From Eledone cirrhosa (Eukaryota): a DNA stretch of 64,000 bases. Position 1 is the stretch's first letter; the number at the start of each line of letters is the position of its first letter. The position numbers were made by a program, and so were the translations under genes. Below, piece by piece: positions 1 to 12,652 of this stretch. The DNA lies in assembly GCA_964016885.1 (NCBI GenBank), contig OZ024747.1:93496001-93560000 (forward strand), in the 5' to 3' direction. The notes below the pieces were generated by a model. It saw only the letters and a program-made list of their open reading frames with translations, was not told the DNA's origin and did no database searches.

Positions 1-684
1 GGAAATTATTTATCATTAATAGTCACATAAAAATGCACAATTGAATACACACAAGAGGGAAAGATTTTAACTGGGAAACATGAGAAATCCTTCTCTTATA
101 AATGTACACATACAGTCCAGCAATAAGTACACAATGGAGCACATTTATCATGGTGATATATGTAAACTTTTGTTTTTGTTTTATAATCCCCCTATGTAAT
201 AACTATAGTGACTGTAATTGTTGTCTTTGTATAATCCTCAGTTAAATACACATTGTACAAAATTATATCAGTGTAAAATATATTAGAAATAATTTTCCAA
301 GTTCTTGTCTTACAGGGTAGAGGAAACTCTTTAATTTTGCCAAAGACATGACAACCTCTCTAGTGCTGATAAAACAATAAAATATGCCCAGCATACTGAG
401 TAAAGAGATTGATGATAGGTAGGTGATCCAGCCATAAGAAGCATGTCTAAAATAAAAAAAATATGAGTGAGACATGGTTCATCTGATCCATCTAAGTTGG
501 TAGCAGATCCAAATACAAATTGAGGTGAAGAGGTGAGTCAGGAATGCCCAGGGCTCCAAAGGAAAATGTTGCAATGCAGTTCAAGACCCCTTTGGGGCCT
601 GTAGCAGGCAAAGAGTTTTCTCAAAATGGATGTTGCATGGTTGCTGTGGGGCCTTCTTGTTCTTGGGCCCTGAAAGAAAGTATA

Positions 685-972
685 CATGTATGTGTGTATG
701 TGTGTATGTGTGTGTATGTATGTATGTATGTATGTATGTATGGGAGATTAAAACAAATGTAAATGTGTGTACGTGTTTGTATGCATGTATGCATGTACTG
801 TTGGCAGTTATGGACGTATAGTATATGTTTATTTGTGTGAATGATTAAAAATATGTGAAATATAATAAAACAGTATTTTATGTGTGCTGGTATTTATATG
901 TATGTATATATATTCAATGTGTATATCAGTGTGTATATATATATATGTGCATATATATATATGTGCATGTGC

Positions 973-1044
<72 letters not shown>

Positions 1045-1290
1045 GCATGTATAAGTAAATATATAATGTGCGTATTACATTGAAAAAATGCAATTTCAAA
1101 AAAAATGTGTGTATGAGAAAGAGAGTATGTGTGTGTGTAAGAGAGCATGTGTGTGTGTAAGTGAGCGTGTGTGTGTGTATAAGTGAGCATGTGTGTGTGT
1201 GTGTGTGAGAGCATGTGTGTGTGTGTGAGCATGTGTGTGTGTGTGTGTGAGAGAGCATGTGTGTTTATGTATGTGAGCATGTGTGTAGTG
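685..1290. repeat. Compound microsatellite region (TATG/TG/TA/GA)
   Basis: Runs of (TATG)n, (TG)n, (TA)n and a degenerate GAGCATGTGTGTGT repeat; these explain the His/Thr/Tyr/Ile-rich ORFs. Confidence 0.9.
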
Positions 1291-1512
1291 GTAAGTGAAA
1301 TAAGTGAAATAAACAACAGCTTAATTAATTTTTTCCTGGAGCTCTATTTTCAAACAATGTTGGAGGCCACTTCAAGGCCACCTCTGTGACCCAATGCTTA
1401 TTCACCTTCCACTCACACCCCTGATTTCTTCTTTCTCGTCCAACCCATGCCAGCATAGGAGGAAGACATGTGCACTCGTATATATATATATTTATATATA
1501 TATATATATTTA

Positions 1513-1878
1513 TCATCATCGACATCGTTTAACGTCCATTTTCCACACTAGCATGTGTTAGACAGGTTGTCTCATTTGAGGCAAGTTGGATCAGGTGACC
1601 GCATCTTACTCATATAGATCTGTTTCTGGCTAGGTTTCTACAGCTGGATGCCCTTCCTAATGCCAACTACATTTACAGTGTGTGCTGGGTGCTTTTTGTT
1701 GTGACTCCTACATGACCACTTTACAGTGTGGGCTGGATATGTTATGTTCACAGTGTAAGTGTGGTGTGGACATGAATGGGTGGTGTGGGGATATAGTGGT
1801 TAAGAGGTGCCTACTAGATGTATGTTTGAGTCCGTGCGCATGGGAAGGAATGTCTTCTGTATTACTGCGTAACACCAA
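1513..1878 (-). mobile_element. RTE-clade LINE 3' UTR fragment
   Basis: (CAT)n tail and CTACAGCTGGATGCCCTTCCTAA core, homologous to the 3' UTR of the RTE at 1893-3060. Confidence 0.8.
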
Positions 1879-1892
1879 ATATATATATATAT

Positions 1893-3060
1893 ATCATCAT
1901 CATCACCATTTTACGTCCGTTCTTCCACGCTAGCATGGGTTAGACGGGTTGTCCTGTTGTGGGCAGTGTCTGGTCGGCTGACCATGTCTTGCTCATACAG
2001 GAACTGATTTGGCTTGATTTCTACAGCTGGATGCCCTTCCTAACACCAACCTCATTTACAGTGAGTGCTGTGTGCTTTTTCGTGGCGCCTACACGTCCAC
2101 TTTACAGTGTGGGCTGGGTGCTTTTTTGCCGTGGCACCTCCACGACCACCTTGCAGTGGGGTGTGTGGGGGCATATTGTCTATATGCTTCAGCTTGTACC
2201 CATGGGAGGTCGGGTACTCTGTATTACTGCGTGATGTCAGAGGTCACGGTCGTGTGTCATCGCCTTTGAGAGGTGTAATTCGGCCAGGTCATCTTGGGTC
2301 TCCCCACTCCGCGGTTTCCATCGACTTCTAGTGCTCCGCACCTTTTTATGCAGCTGTCATCCTTCATACGCATCACATGTCCATACCAACGCAACCGCCT
2401 CTCCTGCACACAGCATTTGATCCCTCTTATGCTCAGACTCTCTCTCAATTCATTTATGCTTTGTCGTTCGCGTATATTACTATTACACATCCATCGGAGC
2501 ATGCAGGCTTCGTTTCTCTCTAATCTACGTAAGTCTTCCACCTTCAGCGCCCAGGTCTCACTACCATGCAACATCGCTGTTCGGATACACGCATCATACA
2601 GTCTGCCTTTCATTTTGAGGGAGAAGCCTTTTGCAGCTAGCAGTGGTAGTAGTTCCCTAAACTTCTTCCATCCCGTTCTTACCCTAGTTATTGTACTTTC
2701 TGAACACCCACCTCCGCTGCTAATTCGGTCACCTAGGTAGCAGAAGCTGTCTACTGTTTCTACAGAGCCCTCCCAGAGATTGGTGGTACTTGTTTCCTGT
2801 GGCTGCTTGCTGTCCCAGCACAGCTGCTGCATGTGAAGCCTACATTCTTAATTAAGCTTCCTGAGATCCCGCTACATCTATTGTGTACCCATTGTTTGCA
2901 TTTGGGGCAGAGAATGGAGTTCCTACCTACACCTTTCCTACATACTGAGCAAGGCCATTTCCCTGAGAGGATCTGGGTTCTGTTTTCTCGTCTACTTACA
3001 AGGACCTTAGTCTTTGTCATGTTGACTTTGAGACCCTTTCTTTCTAGTCCCTGCTTCCAA
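1893..3060 (-). mobile_element. 5'-truncated RTE-clade LINE (ORF2 C-terminus, 3' UTR, (ATG)n tail)
   Basis: ORFs 2760-3143 and 2257-2832 join across a frameshift: GLKVNMTKTKVL, a Cys/His cluster, FCYLGD, LHGSETW, RRLRWYGHVMRM, GRPKMTW. The 3' UTR ends in (CAT)n on + at 1893. Confidence 0.92.
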
Positions 3061-3061
3061 G

Positions 3062-3096
<35 letters not shown>

Positions 3097-3289
3097 ATAT
3101 AAATATATATACAAAAATATGGATTGGCATATATGAAGGGCATCCAGCCGTAGAAAAGCAGCCAGAAACACTCCTATGTGAGCGAGACACAGTCACCCAA
3201 CCTAACTTGCCTCTAAATGGGACAAACCTGTCTAACCTGAAGATAGACGTTAATCGATGATGATGATGATATATATATATATTATTACA

Positions 3290-3930
3290 ACTTTGTCTTT
3301 CATGCTTCCAGGGTTCATAAAGAGAGTAACAGTCAAATACTGGAGCCTGATATAATCCCTCAAATTACTGATTGTGCCTATATTAGAAACTTTGCCTTTC
3401 ATCCTTACGGGGTTGATAAAATAATGCACCAATAATTCACTGGGGTAATTGCTGGCCTTGTGGCCAAAAGTAAAAATAATTATTATTATTCAAATCCCAC
3501 TGAGGTCAGCTTTGCCATTCATTCTTACGGGGTCAATAAAATAAAGTACTAGTAATGCATTGGGGATGAATTTAATCAACTTTCTCCCCACTTCACCAAA
3601 ATTGTTGGTCTTGTGACTAAATCAGAAATCATTATTATTATTATTTCATCCTTTCAGGGGTCGATAAAATAAAGTACCAGTCCAATACTGGGGTCGATGT
3701 AACTGATTTTCTAAATTAGAAATTTAAGCATCAGACACCATACTTCGTAGCATAGAGTTACGGCCCTTTACGTTCTGAGTTCTCTTCCCGCCGAGGTTAA
3801 CTTTGCCTTTCATCCTTACGGGGTCGATAGAGTAATGTACCAGTAAGCACTGGGGTCGATTTAATCGACTTTGCCCTTCCCTTAAAATTGCTGGCCTTGT
3901 GCCTAAATCAGAAACAACTATTATTATAAG
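3290..3930 (+). mobile_element. Cluster of about 4 partial Nin-domain-type tRNA SINE copies
   Basis: Repeated TTTGCCTTTCATCCTTACGGGGTCGATAAAATAAAGTACCAGT...TTGCTGGCCTTGTGCCTAAATCAGAAA with (ATT)n tails. Confidence 0.8.
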
Positions 3931-4090
3931 AAGTCCCTCACCCATCTCTTCAAGGGACATGAGATTCACAGTCATGTTAGTAAGTAATGTAGTCTGACTT
4001 GATATTAAAATTGCATTTTGAAGTTTAATAATAATGACATGCTTTATGAAGAAAAGAGATTAAGATCTGATTTTAAGATCTGATATTCAA

Positions 4091-4290
4091 ATAATAATTG
4101 TTTCTACTTTAGGCACAAGGCCAGCAATTACCCAGTGCATTACTGGTACTTTATTTTATCGACCCGTAAGGATGAAAGACAAAGTCAACCTCGGCGGGAT
4201 TTGAACTCAGATCGTAAAAGGACGTAACTATGCTGGAAAGCATGGCGTCCGAACCTCTACCAATTCTGCCAATCCACCGCTAGTAATAAT
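4091..4290 (-). mobile_element. Nin-domain-type tRNA SINE
   Basis: Reverse complement of the same family, with a B-box-like GAGTTCAAATCC in the head; near-identical to 20722-20908. Confidence 0.8.
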
Positions 4291-4649
4291 AGAAATAAAA
4301 GATAAGACATTAAGCACCTATGTGCTGGAGGTCATAATGAGTTGGTAATTCAATCTTTGCTAATCAGTTAAATTACTTTTTGATGCAATCTCAGAATATT
4401 TACATGTGTAACAGTAGCACCACACATTAAAGAGAGCAGTACGATACGTTACTGAAGGTCACAACAATGTTCAGTCACACGACAAAACAGGCACACACAA
4501 AAGGAGTTTTATATCTTTTGTCATGTCCAATGCAGAAAATGCACCAACTATGAGGAGTGGCAGACAAAGCCGACTTATCAGATGCTCTGAACACAATCTA
4601 GCTGGTAGTTTCTCACCCATGTATGGGTGGATTACCCTATTTATATTTT

Positions 4650-4870
4650 TCTTCTTCTTCGCCCACTTATTCCTGAGGGGGTCGTGGGGGCAGAGTACTT
4701 AAACACTCCTTCCAGCAGGTCCTGGATCCTGTCAGAAGCAACCCTCTTCAACTGATCAGGCTGGATCCCAAAGCGTGATCAGCAAAGCTCATGGATGTTA
4801 TCCAACCTGGATCTCTTGCCGGTTGGTTTTGCCCATAAAATCTATCCAGTGACATTCTAACCACATGCGC
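4650..4870 (-). mobile_element. Expander/Rex3-type RTE 3' end
   Basis: (GAA)n tail; the minus strand encodes degenerate LDNIHEL..SRFGIQPDQL; same family as 10972-11848, 14988-15153 and 34962-35310. Confidence 0.75.
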
Positions 4871-5071
4871 ATTATTTATATGTTTTGTTCCTTTAGATTA
4901 TATCATCATCATTTAACATTCACTTTCCTTGCTAGCAAGGGTTAAACAGAAACAGTCCTATCTGAGCGAGACACAGTCACCCAACCCAACTTGCCTCTAA
5001 ATGGCACAAACCCGTCTAACCCATGCTAGCGGGAAAGATGGATGTTAAACGATGATGATATATATATATAT

Positions 5072-5535
5072 CATTTACTTCCTAATGTCAACTAGAAATA
5101 AATTATATATAACAAAGAAAGTGTGGTAAGAAACCAGGTGGACCATAATGCACCAGAGTACTTGATACTTAGGGTAGTAGAGTGGGTAATAGGAAAAGAA
5201 TTTGGATCTAGCTGTCGAAACGGCCAGAGCTCAGCCTAAATTATATATTATCTCAGCGTAAATTATATATTATCTAATTTTTAACCTTCAATCCCTGACC
5301 CCGACAACTAATATAAAAGAGCCCCCTTAGAATATAGACCCCAACTATACAAGCGGAGCTGCTGATGTATACCACAATTTCAAACTGCTAGCCTTGAGTG
5401 ATACGTTGATGTAAATAATGATCTTACAATCACATGTTATATGCCTTGAAAAGTCCCACCATGTGGTCGGACGAAACGGCTGTCGGCAATAAACTTGTTA
5501 TAATGTCATAATAGTTCCTTTGTTCTTTTTCACTA
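5072..5535 (+). mobile_element. Penelope-like terminal repeat fragment between (TA)n tracts
   Basis: Flanked by TA runs on both sides; contains a hammerhead motif immediately followed by AATAAA. Confidence 0.6.
5442..5488 (+). ncRNA. Type I hammerhead ribozyme, U3-A8 core variant
   Basis: TGCC-TTGAAAA-GTCC[CACCATGTGGTC]GGAC-GAAAC[GGCT]GTC^GGCA: stem I TGCC/GGCA, stem II GTCC/GGAC, stem III AC/GT, GUC cleavage triplet. Confidence 0.75.
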
Positions 5536-7199
5536 ATATATATATATATATATATATAAAGTTAACATTTTGTGAGTTTTTAAATGGTTAGAATGACTCT
5601 TCTAGTTTCTCATTGTTTCTTTTGTTGTTGTTGTTGTTGTTGTTACCTCCATATATTTTGTAATAACTTTGTTTACATTTTCATTCTATGAATGAATGAA
5701 TCTTGATGGTAATAAAAATCAGCACCATCATGAAAAAGTAAGTATATGATGATGGGGATGGGGGTGATGATGATGGTGCCATTTAACTGAAATATTTGGT
5801 GCAATATGGTACTCTTATGGCACGTATAACTGCAGGCTCGGTAAACTACACATTAAGTAACACTTAAATTGCATTATTAACAGATACATTCCAATTAGAC
5901 ATGACTACTATAGATTGGGTTACTTCCTGCTACTGGTACATGTTATCCAGTAGAACCTGCTTCAGGGATGAGTGGTTGGCAACTAACCAGGCTCCCCCAC
6001 CAGACCCTGGTCTCGTGAAGAGGGTAAGTGTAAACCCCCAGCAGCACAAAAAACAAGAGCTGTTAAAAGGGTAGATGAAATCCTCAGAGTCAACAGCCAT
6101 CCACCCCAACTATGTGTTAAACAGCCTCACCAACCCACAATTGGCCAAGCTGGATGAGTACAGCTACACCCTTGATATGACCAAAACCAAATAGAAAGCG
6201 GTGGAGGTCAACCAGGAAGGGCTTCCCCCAACCAGAGTAAGAAGGCCCTGGATTGAATTGGACTAGATCATAGATATATTTCTGACTAGTGGACACAGCA
6301 TGGTCAAATGGTCAAGAGGTTTCACTGCCTGAAAAAAAAAATGCAGTCTAGTTACTTAGAATGCTTTTGATCGTGGGGCTGAAGCAAGGCTCACAGTGGC
6401 TAGACAACAACAGCAAGTTTTGCAGGCCGATCATCACCTATACTCGGGGTCATCACCAGGGAAGAGGCTGAGGGCTGGATGGCACCCTCAGACTTAGAAC
6501 ATTTATGGAGGTATGCATATACCGATACTGCACCTTAGAATTATTACGAATTAGAATGCCCACCCAGATTATTCTGACCCCCTCCTGCCAAGCACCAATC
6601 ACTGCCTTTACCAGATAACACACATGCATTGATTTTATTCAACTGCTGTCAAAGAAAAAAAACACTGTAAATGTGGTTGGTGTTAGGAAGGGCATCCAGC
6701 TATAAAATACCCAGCCAAATTTACAATCGTCGTTGGAGCTAGGCACAGTGTGGTCAACTCTGGACAGACTTCTCTCATAACGTGGATGACCCGTCTAACC
6801 CTTGAAAGCGTGGAAAAAATGGACAGTAAACGATGATGATGATGAATTGAACTCAATAAATTCCTGTACTATCCTTAACAGCTAGGGTAAAGACTTGAAT
6901 GATAATTAGATTAAGCTGAAATTGTCTTTAGAGTTCATTAAAATATTTTCTTCACACGATAAACAGTCATTTAATTCTTGTTTTGAGTCGTCATTATTTT
7001 ATATGGCATTTAAACTTTGTATAATTAAGGCAACTGTTTGATAGAGCCAAACGTTCTTGTTTTAACTGAATAATTAATGCCTTAACTGAATAATTAATGC
7101 CTGTGTGGGTATAATACAGACACACAAATGAAGTACGTTTGGTTGACAAACTAGAGTACGTGAACTCAATACGCAAATAAAGTATATAAATATATTCTG

Positions 7200-7580
7200 A
7201 TTATCATTGGCAAATTCGTAAAAGGGGCAGTCAAAATGTTCCGAGTTCAAATCACACCGAGATTAACTTTGCCTTTCGTCCTGCCGAAGTCGATAAAATG
7301 AAATACCAGTTAAATACTGAGGTTCAGAAATCGATATTCCACTACCATCATATTGCTGGCTTTGTGCCAATGTTAGAAGGAATTATTATTGAGAGAATAG
7401 GGTGATGGATTGGCAGTAAGGATAGAGCGTAATGGTTGGCAGTAAGACTTTTGCTGCATTATATTACAACTGTCTGAGTTCAACTTTGCCTTACAAGATC
7501 GATAAGATAAAGTAACAGCCAAATACCGGGTCGATATAATGGAATTTCTCCTTCCCACGGGGGGATTTCAAATCATTATT
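7200..7580 (+). mobile_element. Two degenerate Nin-domain-type SINE copies
   Basis: GAGTTCAAATC B-box, TTTGCCTTTCGTCCTGCCGAAGTCGATAAAATG, (ATT)n ends. Confidence 0.7.
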
Positions 7581-8464
7581 GATAATAATAATCTGACAAT
7601 TCCCAGTGTTTTCAACTAATAAAAACTGTGTCTATATTTGTGTTAAATACCGATCTACAAAGTACATCTGTGTGTAAATGTGCACACATCATGCACCATA
7701 TAACTTAAGGCGGGAATAAAATTAGCTGCATCTGTAAATGATATGGGTTTATCAGGTGTCTTATTAAATTGGGCGAGGGAGTAAATAGAAAAATAGCAGC
7801 AACAATTTTATATAAAGTAGGTTTATTTAAACGACAGTACCAGTCACCGACAAGAATACATCACCACCACCGCCACCACCGACAAAAAGGCCAATATTAA
7901 CCTCCACTGCCACCACTACTGACAACAACAATCACTGGAATGTGGTCGTCAACACCGCACACTTAACACATACTATCAGCAATACAATACGTAAAGAGTC
8001 TATCACAAACTAGTCTGGCTCTTCGAACCCGTCTCCCTCATCATACCCTATATAATACTTCTGTATTCTGTCCGCCGGGATCGCGGGGTATCCAGCGCGT
8101 GGGCCCACATTTGCTTATAATAGTAGGAGATGGGAAGAGCGAGACGGAGGCAGTGACAGTGGGAGTTTGATTCCATTATGTTCGGACCTGGTGTATATGT
8201 ATATATTTATTTACGACACCACACTAATATAGTTGTTAATTTCACCCGTCTCTCTTTAATACTAAGACCGCGTGTTTTAAACACTTAAATCTCTTAGTAC
8301 AAAATAAACACAGGATAGCCACTAGGTAGATATAGCGAGGGAATATAAGAGGTTCAGTTGGCTAGCTGCCCTATGTCAAACATCAGCTTAAGTAGGATTG
8401 ACCACGGTTAAATCCGAGGTTAAACATCAACAATACTCAAACCGACACTATCACCAACATCAGT

Positions 8465-8900
8465 CTTAGAGAGCCAGCAAATGATGTTCTACGTAGTCAC
8501 TCGACTTGTTAGAAATAGCAGCCAATTCTTACTCAGATCATACCACACCGTCTTAGATAAGGAAAAATACACATTGGATAATATAATTGTAAACATACCC
8601 GGAACATTCACGGATAGAATGCCTTTCATCACATGTCATCCCCGCCAGAGCTGACCTGGGGTTAAACAACACTCCCGTAGAGCCACCAAGTGAGCAGTCT
8701 CTTACGTTGTCGCTCGACCTGCTAGAAATAGTAACCCAGTACCCCTCTAATCAGATCCTGCTGCTGTATAAAAACAAAAGTAAAAATACTTTGGATAATA
8801 TAGTCCTACATATACTACAACTAGAAAAAAAAGATAGGCTTGCCTTTGATCATGTCTAATAATTCGGGAGTGAGCTGGAGTTAAACAACAAAAACAACGA
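8465..8900 (+). repeat. Two copies of an unclassified dispersed repeat (GTCACTCGACTTGCTAGAAATAGCAGCCAAAT family)
   Basis: Same motifs recur at about 14695-14910, 15415-15608, 20010-20215 (reverse) and 42700-42845; copies end in GGGTTAAACAAC. Confidence 0.65.
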
Positions 8901-9245
8901 CAAATATCATCTATGATAATAAATCAACAAGGAAGCCCTGACTGATAAAATATATAATGGATATCAATGGAACGTTTGTGGTTTTAGGTTTGCCCGATCA
9001 GGATTGAACTGAGGTTAAACAGTATCAGAGTGTGATAGGATGAGGTTGTGTGGTCTTTCATCACCACAATACTACCATGACATGTGAGAGAACGTAATCC
9101 CACGCATTTAATTACATGCAATGATTCTGTGTATGTGTGTGTGTAAGGTCTACGAGTCCCCGATTTACCCTTATTTCTTCTGTTTCTAATTCTGATACCA
9201 TACCCCGAGAAGAATGAATGGAAAAACAAGAGCCAAATGTCTCAC

Positions 9246-9330
9246 CCCTTCGTATTCTATCATGATAATTGCCCTCCACCACTGCCACTCGCCCATGTCG
9301 TCTGCTTCACTAACGACGAAGAGAATCACT
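9246..9330 (-). other. Candidate alternative first exon (MGEWQWWRAIIMIEYEG|GTGAGA) in a CpG-retaining region
   Basis: Minus strand reads GCAGACGAC-ATG..., 17 codons, then donor GGG|GTGAGA; CpGs are locally frequent relative to the flanks. Confidence 0.35.
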
Positions 9331-10971
9331 CGACTGTGACCACAGTTACAATATAACAACATAAAAGGAAGAAGAGAAGTAAGGATGGGGGAAATAGAAA
9401 GAAGTCGTGAGGTAAATGATTAGGGTTGTTTGAAATTACCTCGAAAGTTTGATTCCACAGCGGCACCACGAAATAAACGAGTTCCAACAGAAGACAGGTA
9501 CATACCAGAGTGTGACAAAGAGAGAGTGAGAGAGGAGGAGAGAGAGGACAGAGAGAGACAAAAGGAGTAGTGGCGAGAGGAGAGAGGGCATGCGAAGAGG
9601 TGTAGGAGTGAAGAGAAGGAGTAAAAGAGCAGAGAGGAAGGCAAAAGGTGAAAGAGAAAGAAGAATGAAATAATGAAAGAGAGAGAGGGGAGGGATGAGT
9701 GAAGTGAGATTACAGACATATTAGATGAGTAGATAGATAAAGAAAAACGTCAAGAAAACGAAACATTGGTAGAGTGAGGTGACAAAACAAGGTGAGTGAG
9801 GGAAGCAAAGAGGATATTAGCTGAGAGAGAGAGATTGGAAGGAGAAGGAGCAAATAGACGACTATTGAAAAAGAAGAGGGAAAAGAAATATTATGTTGAA
9901 GTAACTCTATCTACACACATGTATAAAGACACGCATAAATACAACTATATACATAAAATAAACACCAACAACAACTATTCAGGAAGTAGTAGCGAGAAGA
10001 CAGGAGTAACGAAAGAAGCACGAAGGAAACAGAGAGAAAAACGAAAAGGAAAATAGAAAGAGATGAGGGGGGGAGGGGCAGAAATAGACAGTGAAGTAAG
10101 AGATAAGAGAGTAATAAGGAAAGAAGAAAAATATAAGAAATATGAGTTGTGAAAGAACGATTGACAAGTTGTGTGGGGGGCGACATCCGTATTACGTATA
10201 TATATATATATAACACTGTTGTCATGTTGAAAAATACAATAGTTTGTTTTGCGGTGTTACACGATGGGACAGTTGATAATGAGGACACATACATAACAGT
10301 TCATATAAAAACACACATTCGTAGAAATGTCAAACTGTTATACGTACTTACAACGTTGTGTGTCAGTATAAACAATAAATATAATGAATAAGACTAGATA
10401 TGCACATGCTACAAGAAAAAAAGAACAAAGGGATAATAAGGAAGAAAAAAGGGCGGGAGGTAATAAGGAAGAAAAGAGGAGGGTAAATAACAAGGAAGAA
10501 AAGGGGAGGGTAAGTAATAAGGGAAAAAAAGGTAGGAGGGAGAAGGCCTGCACACTCAATAACAAGAGTCGCTGGAGCTTCCCTCTAATGATTTTAGAGG
10601 TAAGCCAACACACTTGCAGCATTGCTGTGAGTGATAACCAACCATGCTCGCGAGCATCACTTGATACCTTGGTAAGGCGAGCAGGCAATGATGACAAGAA
10701 CTTCATTGTCAGTGGTCAGCATCCCCCCAAACATCTCAAATGCCACAGACAGGAAGAAAGAGTTACTGACTGGCATCCCAAATGAGACATCTATCTCTTG
10801 AAATGTTAAAACATTTTAGTAGAATTGATGCAGTCAGGAATTTCAGAAGCTGGTGTTGGTTCATTCAACAAATGAATGAATAAATAAAGTTGTGGGGAAC
10901 ACGAGTCAATTTGAAGTGTTATAAGTGCATGCAGTTTTTTTAAGCAGTTGAATCCAGTGATTTAAAAGTTC

Positions 10972-11848
10972 TCTTCTTTTCCTACTTATTCCTGAGAGGG
11001 TTGTGGCGGCAGAGTCCGCAAACACTCCCTCCAATGGGTCCTGTCAGAAGCAACCATCTCCAACTGATCAGGCTGGATTCCCAAGCATGACCAGTTAAGC
11101 TCTTAGATGTTATCCAACCATCTTACTCAGGGCTCCTGCCAGTTGGTTTTGCCCATAAAATCTGTCCAGTGATTCTTTCCTGAGACATTCTAACAACATG
11201 CCTATAATATTGGAGCTGTGATCTCTCAATTCATAGAAGTAGTTGCTCTACCAGGAGTCACTCTCTAATCTCAGAGCTATGCACTCTATTGAGTAACATT
11301 ACTACAAAGACCCTTTGGGGAAACCCTATTTCAGCCACTTGTGTTTGTGATCATATTCTTTCGGTCATTACTCAAGATTCATGTCATGACCATAGGTAAG
11401 GGGTGGCATGAATACCAAATTGTAATTAGTGAATTTGGTTTTTATACCTACCTCTCTTCTGATTGCTGAAGCTGATGCCTTATTGCACCAGTTCCTGCAA
11501 TTCTTGCACCTAATTCCCCCTCCTGCCTTCCATCACTTGTTTACATGGCCCCGAGATACTTGAACTTCTCCATCTGCTTCAGTGGAACTCCATTCACATG
11601 TAGAGTGCACTGTGCAGGCTTCCTGGAGAGGATGAGTGTCTCAGTCTTTGCAGCACTGATTTCATTGTTACCATGTAGAACTCAGCATCAAACCTATCAA
11701 ATACATTTTGGAGATCATCTTCTGACAAGTTAAGTAATACCATGTTGTCAGAAAATTCCAACCAACTGATTCTACACCTGCCAGTCGTGATATCACTTCA
11801 GTCTGGCTGCATATGTCAATCCTGTTCATGAAGATTATGTACAGGATT
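10972..11848 (-). mobile_element. Expander/Rex3-type RTE, 5'-truncated and degenerate
   Basis: Minus strand contains QVEKFKYLG-like, MTERI..Q..AEIGF.QRV and ILWAKPTGRSP...WLDNI segments. Confidence 0.85.
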
Positions 11849-12269
11849 TAAAAATTAAGTTTGTGAATTCTCAGATTAGGCAGGATAAAAAACTGTTTAT
11901 TAGAAAATAGTGAAAGTCGTTTTCATGAACAAAAAGTTAAATTTAGATTAATTTTTTTTTCATACAAATAGAAAGATATAATACATTAATAACCACACTG
12001 GTTACATGGCTCTGGTATTCAGAAATAATTCTTCAAATTCATTGTTGGGAAACGTATAACGCCATGGTTATAATTTTACAGGAAAGAAATTGTGGCTTGT
12101 GTATTTCATTTTAATTGTTCCCTTTTCTATTAGTATTTAATACAAATAGGTAGCCATGTTTGCTGATGTTAATTAGGAATGTAATAAAAATATATTTGGT
12201 AAATGTAACTTCAACTGTGGCAATCCAACTCATACTGGGGCAGGTGAAGGTGGGAGGCAGGGGATGTCC

Positions 12270-12590
12270 CTTTGTGAGGAATCAGGTCGGGGACCGTAAT
12301 TTGCTCGCACAGTACTGATTTTGGCTTGGTTTCTACAGCTGGATACCCTTCCTAACACCAACCACATTTACAGTGTGTGCTTGGTGCTTTTTGTCGTGAC
12401 ACCTACACAACCACTTTACAGTGTGAACTGGGTGCTTTTTGTCATGACACCTACACAACCATTTTACAGTGAGAACTGGGTGCTTTTTGTTGTGACGCCT
12501 ACACAACTATTATTTTACAGTATGAACTGGATGCTTTTTGTTGTGACGCCTTCACAACCATTTTACAGTGTGGATTAGGTGCTTTTGTCA
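12270..12590 (-). mobile_element. RTE 3' UTR fragment with about 5 tandem ~47-bp subrepeats
   Basis: CTACAGCTGGATACCCTTCC core, then repeated ACCACTTTACAGTGTG..CTGGGTGCTTTTTGTCGTGACACCTACACA. Confidence 0.8.
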
Positions 12591-12616
12591 TATATATATA
12601 TATATTTCTCATTCTT

Positions 12617-12652
12617 TCTTCTGATGAAGGACTAGTGTCCGAAACGTTAAGA
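12617..12652 (+). ncRNA. Minimal hammerhead ribozyme (PLE-type)
   Basis: TCTT-CTGATGA-A-GGAC[TAGT]GTCC-GAAA-CG-TT^AAGA; palindromic AACGTT in place of stem III. Confidence 0.8.

Noticed and set aside
5940-6520. Possible LINE 5' UTR with an HDV-like ribozyme
   Set aside because: GC-richer and TE-like, but I could not build the nested double pseudoknot by eye; it needs an Infernal search.
9540-10785. Lys/Glu/Arg-rich plus-strand ORFs (9796, 10384)
   Set aside because: Purine-rich low-complexity DNA with no splice or domain support.
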